Origin: Eledone cirrhosa
Taxonomy: Eukaryota
Assembly (NCBI GenBank): GCA_964016885.1
Contig: OZ024743.1
Location: forward strand, 333,188,001 to 333,252,000
Direction: 5' to 3'
Length of the DNA stretch: 64,000 bases
Numbering within the stretch: the stretch's first letter is position 1; each line of letters begins with the position of its first letter. The translations under genes were made by a program, and so were the position numbers. This document shows, piece by piece, positions 29,651 to 43,900 of the stretch. The notes beneath the pieces were generated by a model. The model did not search any database and was not told where the DNA came from. It worked only from the letters and a program-made list of their open reading frames with translations.

Positions 29651-32600
29651 GCTGTCGAGACACTGCATCCTTTAAAACCTCCATGGAACAAACTACCTGA
29701 ATCAGTTGTTAGCTGTCGAGACACTGCATCCTTTAAAACCTCCATGGAACAAACTACCTGCATCAGTTGTTAGCTGTCGAGACACTGCATCCTTTAAAAC
29801 CTCCATGGAACAAACTACCTGCATCAGTTGTTAGCTGTCGAGACACTGCATCCTTTAAAACCTCCATGGAACAAACTTCCTGCATCAGTTGTTAGCTGTT
29901 GAGACACTGCTTCCTTTAAAACCTCCATGGAACAAACTACCTGCATCAGTTGTTAGCTGTCGAGACACTGCATCCTTTAAACCTCCATGGAACAAACTAC
30001 CTGCATCAGTTGTTAGCTGTCGAGACACTGCATCCTTTAAAACCTCCATGGAACAAACTACCTGCATCAGTTGTTAGCTGTCGAGACACTGCATCCTTTA
30101 AAACCTCCATGGATCAAACTACCTGCAACAGTTGCTAGCTGTCGAGACACTGCATCCGTTAAAACCTCCATGGAACAAACGACCTACATCAGTTGTTAGC
30201 TGTCGAGACACTGCATCCTTTAAAACCTCCATGGAACAAACTACCTACATCAGTTGTTAGCTGTTGAGACACTGCTTCCTTTAAAACCTCCATGGAACAA
30301 ACTACCTACATCAGTTGTTAGCTGTCGAGACACTGCTTCCTTTAAAACCTCCATGGAACAAACTACCTGCATCAGTTGTTAGCTGTCGAGACACTGCATC
30401 CTTTAAAACCTCCATGGAACAAACTACCTGCATCAGTTGTTAGCTGTCGAGACACTGCATCCTTTAAAACCTCCATGGAACAAACTACCTGCATCAGTTG
30501 TTAGCTGTCAGGACACTGCATCCTTTAAAACCTCCATGGAACAAACTACCTGCATCAGTTGTTAGCTGTTGAGACACTGCTTCCTTTAAAACCTCCATGG
30601 AACAAACTACCTGCATCAGTTGTTAGCTGTCGAGACACTGAATCCTTTAAAACCTCCATGGAACATACTACCTGCATCAGTTGTTAGCTGTCGAGACACT
30701 GCATCCTTTAAAACCTCCATGGAACAAACTACCTGCATCAGTTGTTAGCTGTCGAGACACTGCATCCTTTAAGACCTCCATGGATCAAACTACCTGCAAC
30801 AGTTGCTAGCTGTCGAGACACTGCATCCGTTAAAACCTCCATGGAACAAACTACCTACATCAGTTGTTAGCTGTCGAGACACTGCATCCTTTAAAACCTC
30901 CATGGAACAAACTACCTACATCAGTTGTTAGCTGTTGAGACACTGCTTCCTTTAAAACCTCCATGGAACAAACTACCTACATCAGTTGTTAGCTGTTGAG
31001 ACACTGCTTCCTTTAAAACCTCCATGGAACAAACTACCTGCATCAGTTGTTAGCTGTCGAGACACTGCATCCTTTAAAACCTCCATGGAACAAACTACCT
31101 GCATCAGTTGTTAGCTGTCGAGACACTGCATCCTTTAAAACCTCCATGGAACAAACTACCTGCATCAGTTGTTATCTGTCGAGACACTGCATCCTTTTAA
31201 ACCTCCATGGAACAAACTACCTGCATCAGTAGTTAGCTGTCGAGACACTGCATCCTTTAAAACCTCCATGGAACAAACTACCTGCATCAGTAGTTAGCTG
31301 TCGAGACACTGCATCCTTTAAAACCTCCATGGAACAAACTGCCTGATTCAGTTGTTAGCTCTCGAGACACTGCATCCTTTAAAACCTCCATGGAACAAAC
31401 TACCTACATCAGTTGTTAGCTGTCGAGACACTGCATCCTTTAAAACCTCCATGGAACAAACTACCTGCATCAGTTGTTAGCTGTCGAGACACTGCATCCT
31501 TTAAAACCTCCATGGAACAAACTACCTGCATCAGTTGTTAGCTGTCGAGACACTGCATCCTTTAAAACCTCCATGGAACAAACTACCTGCATCAGTTGTT
31601 AGCTGTCGAGACACTGCATCCTTTAAAACCTCCATGGAAAAAACTACCTGCATCAGTTGTTAGCTGTCGAAACACTGCATCCTTTAAAACCTCCATGGAA
31701 CAAACTACCTGAATCAGTTGTTAGCTGTCGAGACACTGCATCCTTTAAAACCTCCATGGAACAAACTACCTGCATCAGTTGTTAGCTGTCGAGACACTGC
31801 ATCCTTTAAAACCTCCATGGAACAAACTACCTACATCAGTAGTTAGCTGTCGAGACACTGCATCCTTTAAAACCTCCATGGAACAAACTGCCTGTATCAG
31901 TTGTTAGCTGTCGAGACACTGCATCCTTTAAAACCTCCATGGAACAAACTACCTGCATCAGTTGTTAGCTGTCGAGACACTGCATCCTTTAAAACCTCCA
32001 TGGAACAAACTACCTGAATCAGTTGTTAGCTGTCGAGACACTGCATCCTTTAAAACCTCCATGGAACAAACTACCTGCATCAGTTGTTAGCTGTCGAGAC
32101 ACTGCATCCTTTAAAACCTCCATGGAACAAACTACCTGCATCAGTTGTTAGCTGTCGAGACACTGCATCCTTTAAAACCTCCATGGAACAAACTTCCTGC
32201 ATCAGTTGTTAGCTGTTGAGACACTGCTTCCTTTAAAACCTCCATGGAACAAACTACCTGCATCAGTTGTTAGCTGTCGAGACACTGCATCCTTTAAAAC
32301 CTCCATGGAACAAACTACCTGCATCAGTTGTTAGCTGTCGAGACACTGCATCCTTTAAAACCTCCATGGAACAAACTACCTGCATCAGTTGTTAGCTGTC
32401 GAGACACTGCATCCTTTAAAACCTCCATAGATCAAACTACCTGCAACAGTTGCTAGCTGTCGAGACACTGCATCCGTTAAAACCTCCATGGAACAAACGA
32501 CCTACATCAGTTGTTAGCTGTCGAGACACTGCATCCTTTAAAACCTCCATGGAACAAACTACCTACATCAGTTGTTAGCTGTTGAAACACTGCTTCTTTT

Positions 32601-32899
32601 AAAACCTCCATGGAACAAACTACCTACATCAGTTGTTAGCTGTTGAGACACTGCTTCCTTTAAAACCTCCATGGAACAAACTACCTGCATCAGTTGTTAG
32701 CTGTCGAGACACTGCATCCTTTAAAACCTCCATGGAACAAACTACCTGCATCAGTTGTTAGCTGTCGAGACACTGCATCCTTTAAAACCTCCATGGAACA
32801 AACTACCTGCATCAGTTGTTAGCTGTCGAGACACTGCATCCTTTAAAACCTCCATGGAACAAACTACCTGCATCAGTTGTTAGCTGTCGAGACACTGCA

Positions 32900-35800
32900 T
32901 CCTTTTAAACCTCCATGGAACAAACTACCTGCATCAGTAGTTAGCTGTCGAGACACTGCATCCTTTAAAACCTCCATGGAACAAACTACCTGCATCAGTA
33001 GTTAGCTGTCGAGACACTGCATCCTTTAAAACCTCCATGGAACAAACTGCCTGATTCAGTTGTTAGCTGTCGAGACACTGCATCCTTTAAAACCTCCATG
33101 GAACAACTACCTACATCAGTTGTTAGCTGTCGAGACACTGCATCCTTTAAAACCTCCATGGAACAAACTACCTGCATCAGTTGTTAGCTGTCGAGACACT
33201 GCATCCTTTAAAACCTCCATGGAACAAACTACCTGCATCAGTAGTTAGCTCTCGAGACACTGCATCCTTTAAAACCTCCATGGATCAAACTACCTGCAAC
33301 AGTTGCTAGCTGTCGAGACACTGCATCCTTTAAAACCTCCATAGAACATACTACCTGCATCAGTTGTTAGCTGTCAGGACACTGCATCCTTTAAAACCTC
33401 CATGGAACAAACTACCTGCATCAGTTGCTAGCTGTCGAGGCACTGCATCCTTTAAAACCTCCATGGAACAAACTACCTACATCAGTTGGTAGCTGTCGAG
33501 ACACTGCATCCTTTAAAACCTCCATGGAACAAACTACCTACATCAGTTGTTAGCTGTCGAGACACTGCTTCCTTTAAAACCTCCATGGAACAAACTACCT
33601 GCATCAGTTGTTAGCTGTCGAGACACTGCATCCTTTAAAACCTCCATGGAACAAATTGCCTGCATCAGTTGTTAGCTGTCGAGACACTGTATCCTTTAAA
33701 ACCTCCATGGAACAAACTACCTGCATCAGTTGTTAGCTGTCATGACACTGCATCCTTTAAAACCTCCATGGAACAAACTACCTGCATCAGTTGTTAGCTG
33801 TCAAGACACTGCATCCTTTAAAACCTCCATGGAACAAACTACCTGCATCAGTTGTTAGTTGTCCGGACACTGCATCCTTTAAAACCTCCATGGAACAAAC
33901 TCCCTGCATCAGTTGTTAGCTGTCGAGACACTGCATCCTTTAAAACCTCCATGGAACAAACTACCTGCATCAGTTGTTAGTTGTCCGGACACTGCATCCT
34001 TTAAAACCTCCATGGAACAAACTACCTGCATCAGTTGTTAGCTGTCGAGACACTGCATCTTTTAAAACCTCCATGGAACAAACTACCTGCATCAGCTGTT
34101 AGCTATCGAGACACTGCATCCTTTAAAACCTCCATAGAACATACTACCTGCATCAGTTGTTAGCTGTCAGGACACTACATCCTTTAAAACCTCCATGGAA
34201 CAAACTACCTGCATCAGTTGTTAGCTGTCAGGACACTGCATCCTTTAAAACCTCCATGGAACAAACTACCTGCATCAGTTGTTAGCTGTCGAGACACTGC
34301 ATCCTTTAAAACCTCCATGGAACAAACTACCTGCATCAGTTGTTAGCTGTCGAGACACTGCATCCTTTAAAACCTCCATGGAACAAACTACCTGCATCAG
34401 TTGTTAGCTGTCGAAACACTGCATCCTTTAAAACCTCCATGGAACAAACTACCTAAATCAGTTGTTAGCTGTCGAGACACCGCATCCTTTAAAACCTCCA
34501 TGGAACAAACTACCTGCATCAGTTGTTAGCTGTCGAGACACTGCATCCTTTAAAACCTCCATGGAACAAACTACCTACATCAGTAGTTAGCTGTCGAGAC
34601 ACTGCATCCTTTAAAACCTCTATGGAACAAACTGCCTGTATCAGTTGTTAGCTGTCGAGACACTGCATCCTTTAAAACCTCCATGGAACAAACTACCTAC
34701 ATCAGTTGTTAGCTATCGAGACACTGCATCCTTTAAAACCTCCATGGAACAAACTACCTACATCAGTTGTTAGCTGTCGAGACACTGCATCATTTAAAAC
34801 CTCCATGGAACAAACTACCTGCATCAGTTGTTAGCTGTCGAGACACTGCATCCTTTAAAACCTCCATGGAACAAACTACCTGCATCAGTTGTTAGATGTC
34901 GAGACACTGCATCCTTTAAGACCTCCATGGATCAAACTACCTGCAACAGTTGCTAGCTGTCGAGACACTGCATCCGTTAAAACCTCCATGGAACAAACTA
35001 CCTACATCAGTTGTTAGCTGTCGAGACACTGCATCCTTTAAAACCTCCATGGAACAAACTACCTACATCAGTTGTTAGCTGTTGAGACACTGCTTCCTTT
35101 AAAACCTCCATGGAACAAACTATCTACATCAATTGTTAGCTGTTGAGACACTGCTTCCTTTAAAACCTCCATGGAACAAACTACCTGCATCAGTTGTTAG
35201 CTGTCGAGACACTGCATCCTTTAAAACCTCCATGGAACAAACTACCTGCATCAGTTGTTAGCTGTCGAGACACTGCATCCTTTAAAACCTCCATGGAACA
35301 AACTACCTGCATCAGTTGTTAGCTGTCGAGACACTGCATCCTTTTAAACCTCCATGGAACAAACTACCTGCATCAGTAGTTAGCTGTCGAGACACTGCAT
35401 CCTTTAAAACCTCCATGGAACAAACTACCTGCATCAGTAGTTAGCTGTCGAGACACTGCATCCTTTAAAACCTCCATGGAACAAACTGCCTGATTCAGTT
35501 GTTAGCTGTCGAGACACTGCATCCTTTAAAACCTCCATGGAACAAACTACCTACATCAGTTGTTAGCTGTCGAGACACTGCATCCTTTAAAACCTCCATG
35601 GAACAAACTACCTGCATCAGTTGTTAGCTGTCGAGACACTGCATCCTTTAAAACCTCCATGGAACATACTACCTGCATCAGTTGTTAGCTGTCAGGACAC
35701 TACATCCTTTAAAACCTCCATGGAACAAACTACCTGCATCAGTTGTTAGCTGTCAGGACACTGCATCCTTTAAAACCTCCATGGAACAAACTACCTGCAT

Positions 35801-38800
35801 CAGTTGTTAGCTGTCGAGACACTGCATCCTTTAAAACCTCCATGGAACAAACTACCTGCATCAGTTGTTAGCTGTCGAGACACTGCATCCTTTAAAACCT
35901 CCATGGAACAAACTACCTGCATCAGTTGTTAGCTGTCGAAACACTGCATCCTTTAAAACCTCCATGGAACAAACTACCTAAATCAGTTGTTAGCTGTCGA
36001 GACACCGCATCCTTTAAAACCTCCATGGAACAAACTACCTGCATCAGTTGTTAGCTGTCGAGACACTGCATCCTTTAAAACCTCCATGGAACAAACTACC
36101 TACATCAGTAGTTAGCTGTCGAGACACTGCATCCTTTAAAACCTCCATGGAACAAACTGCCTGTATCAGTTGTTAGCTGTCGAGACACTGCATCCTTTAA
36201 AACCTCCATGGAACAAACTACCTACATCAGTTGTTAGCTATCGAGACACTGCATCCTTTAAAACCTCCATGGAACAAACTACCTACATCAGTTGTTAGCT
36301 GTCGAGACACTGCATCATTTAAAACCTCCATGGAACAAACTACCTGCATCAGTTGTTAGCTGTCGAGACACTGCATCCTTTAAAACCTCCATGGAACAAA
36401 CTACCTGCATCAGTTGTTAGCTGTCGAGACACTGCATCCTTTAAGACCTCCATGGATCAAACTACCTGCAACAGTTGCTAGCTGTCGAGACACTGCATCC
36501 GTTAAAACCTCCATGGAACAAACTACCTACATCAGTTGTTAGCTGTCGAGACACTGCATCCTTTAAAACCTCCATGGAACAAACTACCTACATCAGTTGT
36601 TAGCTGTTGAGACACTGCTTCCTTTAAAACCTCCATGGAACAAACTACCTACATCAGTTGTTAGCTGTTGAGACACTGCTTCCTTTAAAACCTCCATGGA
36701 ACAAACTACCTGCATCAGTTGTTAGCTGTCGAGACACTGCATCCTTTAAAACCTCCATGGAACAAACTACCTGCATCAGTTGTTAGCTGTCGAGACACTG
36801 CATCCTTTAAAACCTCCATGGAACAAACTACCTGCATCAGTTGTTAGCTGTCGAGACATTGCATCCTTTTAAACCTCCATGGAACAAACTACCTGCATCA
36901 GTAGTTAGCTGTCGAGACACTGCATCCTTTAAAACATCCATGGAACAAACTACCTGCATCAGTAGTTAGCTGTCGAGACACTGCATCCTTTAAAACCTCC
37001 ATGGAACAAACTGCCTGATTCAGTTGTTAGCTCTCGAGACACTGCATCCTTTAAAACCTCCATGGAACAAACTACCTACATCAGTTGTTAGCTGTCGAGA
37101 CACTGGATCCTTTAAAACCTCCATGGAACAAACTACCTGCATCAGTTGTTAGCTTTCGAGACACTGCATCCTTTAAAACCTCCATGGAACAAACTACCTG
37201 CATCAGTTGTTAGCTGTCGAGACACTGCATCCTTTAAAACCTCCATGGAACAAACTACCTGCATCAGTTGTTAGCTGTCGAGACACTGCATCCTTTAAAA
37301 CCTCCATGGAACAAACTACCTACATCAGTAGTTAGCTGTCGAGACACTGCATCCTTTAAAACCTCCATGGAACAAACTGCCTGTATCAGTTGTTAGCTGT
37401 CGAGACACTGCATCCTTTAAAACCTCCATGGAACAAACTACCTGCATCAGTTGTTAGCTGTCGAGACACTGCATCCTTTAAAACCTCCATGGAACAAACT
37501 ACCTGAATCAGTTGTTAGCTGTCGAGACACTGCATCCTTTAAAACCTCCATGGAACAAACTACCTGCATCAGTTGTTAGCTGTCGAGACACTGCATCCTT
37601 TAAAACCTCCATGGAACAAACTACCTGCATCAGTTGTTAGCTGTCGAGACACTGCATCCTTTAAAACCTCCATGGAACAAACTTCCTGCATCAGTTGTTA
37701 GCTGTTGAGACACTGCTTCCTTTAAAACCTCCATGGAACAAACTACCTGCATCAGTTGTTAGCTGTCGAGACACTGCATCCTTTAAAACCTCCATGGAAC
37801 AAACTACCTGCATCAGTTGTTAGCTGTCGAGACACTGCATCCTTTAAAACCTCCATGGAACAAACTACCTGCATCAGTAGTTAGCTGTCGAGACACTGCA
37901 TCCTTTAAAACCTCCATGGAACAAACTACCTGCATCAGTAGTTAGCTGTCGAGACACTGCATCCTTTAAAACCTCCATGGAACAAACTGCCTGATTCAGT
38001 TGTTAGCTGTCGAGACACTGCATCCTTTAAAACCTCCATGGAACAACTACCTACATCAGTTGTTAGCTGTCGAGACACTGCATCCTTTAAAACCTCCATG
38101 GAACAAACTACCTGCATCAGTTGTTAGCTGTCGAGACACTGCATCCTTTAAAACCTCCATGGAACAAACTACCTGCATCAGTAGTTAGCTCTCGAGACAC
38201 TGCATCCTTTAAAACCTCCATGGATCAAACTACCTGCAACAGTTGCTAGCTGTCGAGACACTGCATCCTTTAAAACCTCCATGGAACAAACTACCTACAT
38301 CAGTTGCTAGCTGTCGAGGCACTGCATCCTTTAAAACCTCCATGGAACAAACTACCTACATCAGTTGGTAGCTGTCGAGACACTGCATCCTTTAAAACCT
38401 CCATGGAACAAACTACCTACATCAGTTGTTAGCTGTCGAGACACTGCTTCCTTTAAAACCTCCATGGAACAAACTACCTGCATCAGTTGTTAGCTGTCGA
38501 GACACTGCATCCTTTAAAACCTCCATGGAACAAATTGCCTGCATCAGTTGTTAGCTGTCGAGACACTGTATCCTTTAAAACCTCCATGGAACAAACTACC
38601 TGCATCAGTTGTTAGCTGTCATGACACTGCATCCTTTAAAACCTCCATGGAACAAACTACCTGCATCAGTTGTTAGCTGTCAAGACACTGCATCCTTTAA
38701 AACCTCCATGGAACAAACTACCTGCATCAGTTGTTAGTTGTCCGGACACTGCATCCTTTAAAACCTCCATGGAACAAACTCCCTGCATCAGTTGTTAGCT

Positions 38801-39600
38801 GTCGAGACACTGCATCCTTTAAAACCTCCATGGAACAAACTACCTGCATCAGTTGTTAGTTGTCCGGACACTGCATCCTTTAAAACCTCCATGGAACAAA
38901 CTACCTGCATCAGTTGTTAGCTGTCGAGACACTGCATCTTTTAAAACCTCCATGGAACAAACTACCTGCATCAGCTGTTAGCTATCGAGACACTGCATCC
39001 TTTAAAACCTCCATAGAACATACTACCTGCATCAGTTGTTAGCTGTCAGGACACTACATCCTTTAAAACCTCCATGGAACAAACTACCTGCATCAGTTGT
39101 TAGCTGTCAGGACACTGCATCCTTTAAAACCTCCATGGAACAAACTACCTGCATCAGTTGTTAGCTGTCGAGACACTGCATCCTTTAAAACCTCCATGGA
39201 ACAAACTACCTGCATCAGTTGTTAGCTGTCGAGACACTGCATCCTTTAAAACCTCCATGGAACAAACTACCTGCATCAGTTGTTAGCTGTCGAAACACTG
39301 CATCCTTTAAAACCTCCATGGAACAAACTACCTAAATCAGTTGTTAGCTGTCGAGACACCGCATCCTTTAAAACCTCCATGGAACAAACTACCTGCATCA
39401 GTTGTTAGCTGTCGAGACACTGCATCCTTTAAAACCTCCATGGAACAAACTACCTACATCAGTAGTTAGCTGTCGAGACACTGCATCCTTTAAAACCTCC
39501 ATGGAACAAACTGCCTGTATCAGTTGTTAGCTGTCGAGACACTGCATCCTTTAAAACCTCCATGGAACAAACTACCTACATCAGTTGTTAGCTGTCGAGA
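32900..39600. repeat. About 4.9-kb-spaced (80-81 monomer) duplicated block
   Basis: Identical ORF-track peptides at 32995 and 37935 (4940 bp apart). Shared rare variants are AAATTGCC (33655/38533), ACTCCCTG (about 33901/38781) and ACACCGCAT (34481/39360). Confidence 0.82.
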
Positions 39601-40999
39601 CACTGCATCCTTTAAAACCTCCACGGAACAAACTACCTGCATCAGTTGTTAGCTGTCGAGACACTGCATCCTTTAAAACCTCCATGGAACAAACTACCTG
39701 CATCAGTTGTTAGCTGTCGAGACACTGAATCCTTTAAAACCTCCATGGAACAAACTACCTGCATCAGTTGTTAGCTGTCGAGACACTGCATCCTTTAAAA
39801 CCTCCATGGATCAAACTACCTGCAACAGTTGCTAGCTATCGAGACACTGCATCCTTTAAAACCTCCATGGAACAAACTACCTAAATCAGTTGTTAGCTGT
39901 CGAGACACCGCATCCTTTAAAACCTCCATGGAACAAACTACCTGCATCAGTTGTTAGCTGTCGAGACACTGCATCCTTTAAAACCTCCATGGAACAAACT
40001 ACCTACATCAGTAGTTAGCTGTCGAGACACTGCATCCTTTAAAACCTCCATGGAACAAACTGCCTGTATCAGTTGTTAGCTGTCGAGACACTGCATCCTT
40101 TAAAACCTCCATGGAACAAACTACCTACATCAGTTGTTAGCTATCGAGACACTGCATCCTTTAAAACCTCCATGGAACAAACTACCTACATCAGTTGTTA
40201 GCTGTCGAGACACTGCATCATTTAAAACCTCCATGGAACAAACTACCTGCATCAGTTGTTAGCTGTCGAGACACTGCTTCCTTTAAAACCTCCATAGAAC
40301 AAACTACCTGCATCAGTTGTTAGCTGTCGAGACACTGCATCCTTTAAAACCTCCATGGAACAAACTACCTGCATCAGTTGTTAGCTGTCGAGACACTGCA
40401 TCCTTTAAAACCTCCATGGATCAAACTACCTGCAACAGTTGCTAGCTGTCGAGACACTGCATCCTTTAAAACCTCCATGGAACAAACTACCTGCATCAGT
40501 TGCTAGCTGTCGAGACACTGCATCCTTTAAAACCTCCATGGAACAAACTACCTACATCAGTTGGTAGCTGTCGAGACACTGCATCCTTTAAAACCTCCAT
40601 GGAACAAACTACCTACATCAGTTGTTAGCTGTCGAGACACTGCTTCCTTTAAAACCTCCATGGAACAAACTACCTGCATCAGTTGTTAGCTGTCGAGACA
40701 CTGCATCCTTTAAAACCTCCATGGAACAAATTACCTGCATCAGTTGTTAGCTGTCGAGACACTGTATCCTTTAAAACCTCCATGGAACAAACTACCTGCA
40801 TCAGTTGTTAGCTGTCATGACACTGCATCCTTTAAAACCTCCATGGAACAAACTACCTGCATCAGTTGTTAGCTGTCAAGACACTGCATCCTTTAAAACC
40901 TCCATGGAACAAACTACCTGCATCAGTTGTTAGTTGTCCGGACAGTGCATCCTTTAAAACCTCCATGGAACAAACTACCTGCATCAGTTGTTAGCTGTC

Positions 41000-43900
41000 G
41001 AGACACTGCATCTTTTAAAACCTCCATGGAACAAACTACCTGCATCAGCTGTTAGCTATCGAGACACTGCATCCTTTAAAACCTCCATAGAACATACTAC
41101 CTGCATCAGTTGTTAGCTGTCAGGACACTACATCCTTTAAAACCTCCATGGAACAAACTACCTGCATCAGTTGTTAGCTGTCAGGACACTGCATCCTTTA
41201 AAACCTCCATGGAACAAACTACCTGCATCAGTTGTTAGCTGTCGAGACACTGCATCCTTTAAAACCTCCATGGAACAAACTACCTGCATCAGTTGTTAGC
41301 TGTCGAGACACTGCATCCTTTAAAACCTCCATGGAACAAACTACCTGCATCAGTTGTTAGCTGTCGAGACACTGCATCCTTTAAAACCTCCATGGAACAA
41401 ATTACCTGCATCAGTTGTTAGCTGTCGAGACACTGTATCCTTTAAAACCTCCATGGAACAAACTACCTGCATCAGTTGTTAGCTGTCATGACACTGCATC
41501 CTTTAAAACCTCCATGGAACAAACTACCTGCATCAGTTGTTAGCTGTCAAGACACTGCATCTTTTAAAACCTCCATGGAACAAACTACCTGCATCAGTTG
41601 TTAGTTGTCCGGACACTGCATCCTTTAAATCCTCCATGGAACAAACTACCTGCATCAGTTGTTAGCTGTCGAGACACTGCATCTTTTAAAACCTCCATGG
41701 AACAAACTACCTGCATCAGCTGTTAGCTATCGAGACACTGCATCCTTTAAAACCTCCATAGAACATACTACCTGCATCAGTTGTTAGTTGTCAGGACACT
41801 ACATCCTTTAAAACCTCCATGGAACAAACTACCTGCATCAGTTGTTAGCTGTCAGGACACTGCATCCTTTAAAACCTCCATGGAACAAACTACCTGCATC
41901 AGTTGTTAGCTGTCGAGACACTGCATCCTTTAAAACCTCCATGGAACAAACTACCTGCATCAGTTGTTAGCTGTCGAGACACTGCATCCTTTAAAACCTC
42001 CATGGAACAAACTACCTGCATCAGTTGTTAGCTGTCGAGACACTGCATCCTTTAAAACCTCCATGGATCAAACTACCTGCAACAGTTGCTAGCTATCGAG
42101 ACACTGCACCCTTTAAAACCTCCATGGAACAAACTACCTACATCAGTTGTTAGCTGTCGAGACACTGCATCCTTTAAAACCTCCATGGAACAAACTACCT
42201 ACATCAGTTGTTAGCTGTCGAGACACTGCATCCTTTAAAACCTCCATGGAACAAACTACCTACATCAGTTGTTAGCTGTCGAGACACTGCTTCCTTTAAA
42301 ACCTCCATAGAACAAACTACCTGCATCAGTTGTTAGCTGTCGAGACACTGCATCCTTTAAAACCTCCATGGAACAAACTACCTGCATCAGTTGTTAGCTG
42401 TCGAGACACTGCATCTTTTAAAACCTCCATGGAACAAACTACCTGCATCAGCTGTTAGCTATCGAGACACTGCATCCTTTAAAACCTCCATAGAACATAC
42501 TACCTGCATCAGTTGTTAGCTGTCAGGACTCTACATCCTTTAAAACCTCCATGGAACAAACTACCTGCATCAGTTGTTAGCTGTCAAGACACTGCATCCT
42601 TTAAAACCTCCATGGAACAAACTACCTGCATCAGTTGTTAGTTGTCCGGACACTGCATCCTTTAAAACCTCCATGGAACAAACTACCTGCATCAGTTGTT
42701 AGCTGTCGAGACACTGCATCTTTTAAAACCTCCATGGAACAAACTACCTGCATCAGCTGTTAGCTATCGAGACACAGCATCCTTTAAAACCTCCATAGAA
42801 CATACTACCTGCATCAGTTGTTAGCTGTCAGGACACTACATCCTTTAAAACCTCCATGGAACAAACTACCTGCATCAGTTGTTAGCTGTCAGGACACTGC
42901 ATCCTTTAAAACCTCCATGGAACAAACTACCTGCATCAGTTGTTAGCTGTCGAGACACTGCATCCTTTAAAACCTCCATGGAACAAACTACCTGCATCAG
43001 TTGTTAGCTGTCGAGACACTGCATCCTTTAAAACCTCCATGGAACAAACTACCTGCATCAGTTGTTAGCTGTCGAAACACTGCATCCTTTAAAACCTCCA
43101 TGGAACAAACTACCTGAATCAGTTGTTAGCTGTCGAGACACTGCATCCTTTAAAACCCCCATGGAACAAACTACCTGCATCAGTTGTTAGCTGTCGAGAC
43201 ACTGCATCCTTTAAAACCTCCATGGAACAAACTACCTACATCAGTAGTTAGCTGTCGAGACACTGCATCCTTTAAAACCTCCATGGAACAAACTGCCTGT
43301 ATCAGTTGTTAGCTGTCGAGACACTGCATCCTTTAAAACCTCCATGGAACAAACTACCTACATCAGTTGTTAGCTGTCGAGACACTGCATCCTTTAAAAC
43401 CTACATGGAACAAACTGCCTGATTCAGTTGTTAGCTGTCGAGACACTGCATCCTTTAAAACCTCCATGGAACAACTACCTACATCAGTTGTTAGCTGTCG
43501 AGACACTGCATCCTTTAAAACCTCCATGGAACAAACTACCTGCATCAGTTGTTAGCTGTCGAGACACTGCATCCTTTAAAACCTCCATGGAACAAACTAC
43601 CTGCATCAGTTGTTAGCTGTCGAGACACTGCATCCTTTAAAACCTCCATGGAACAAACTACCTGCATCAGTTGTTAGCTGTCGAGACACTGCATCCTTTA
43701 AAACCTCCATGGATCAAACTACCTGCAACAGTTGCTAGCTGTCGAGACACTGCATCCTTTAAAACCTCCATGGAACAAACTACCTGCATCAGTTGCTAGC
43801 TGTCGAGGCACTGCATCCTTTAAAACCTCCATGGAACAAACTACCTACATCAGTTGGTAGCTGTCGAGACACTGCATCCTTTAAAACCTCCATGGAACAA

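Larger units (their letters stand above)
1..33250. repeat. Left sub-domain of the 61-bp array (variant set A)
   Basis: Dominated by the variants GTTGAG..CTGCTTCC, ATCCGTTAAAA, ACTTCCTG, GCCTGATTC, CTCTCGAG and TTAAGACC. It lacks TGTCATGACA, TGTCAAGACA, TTGTCCGGAC, CAGCTGTTAGCTATC, CAGTTGGTAG and CAAATT. Confidence 0.8.
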
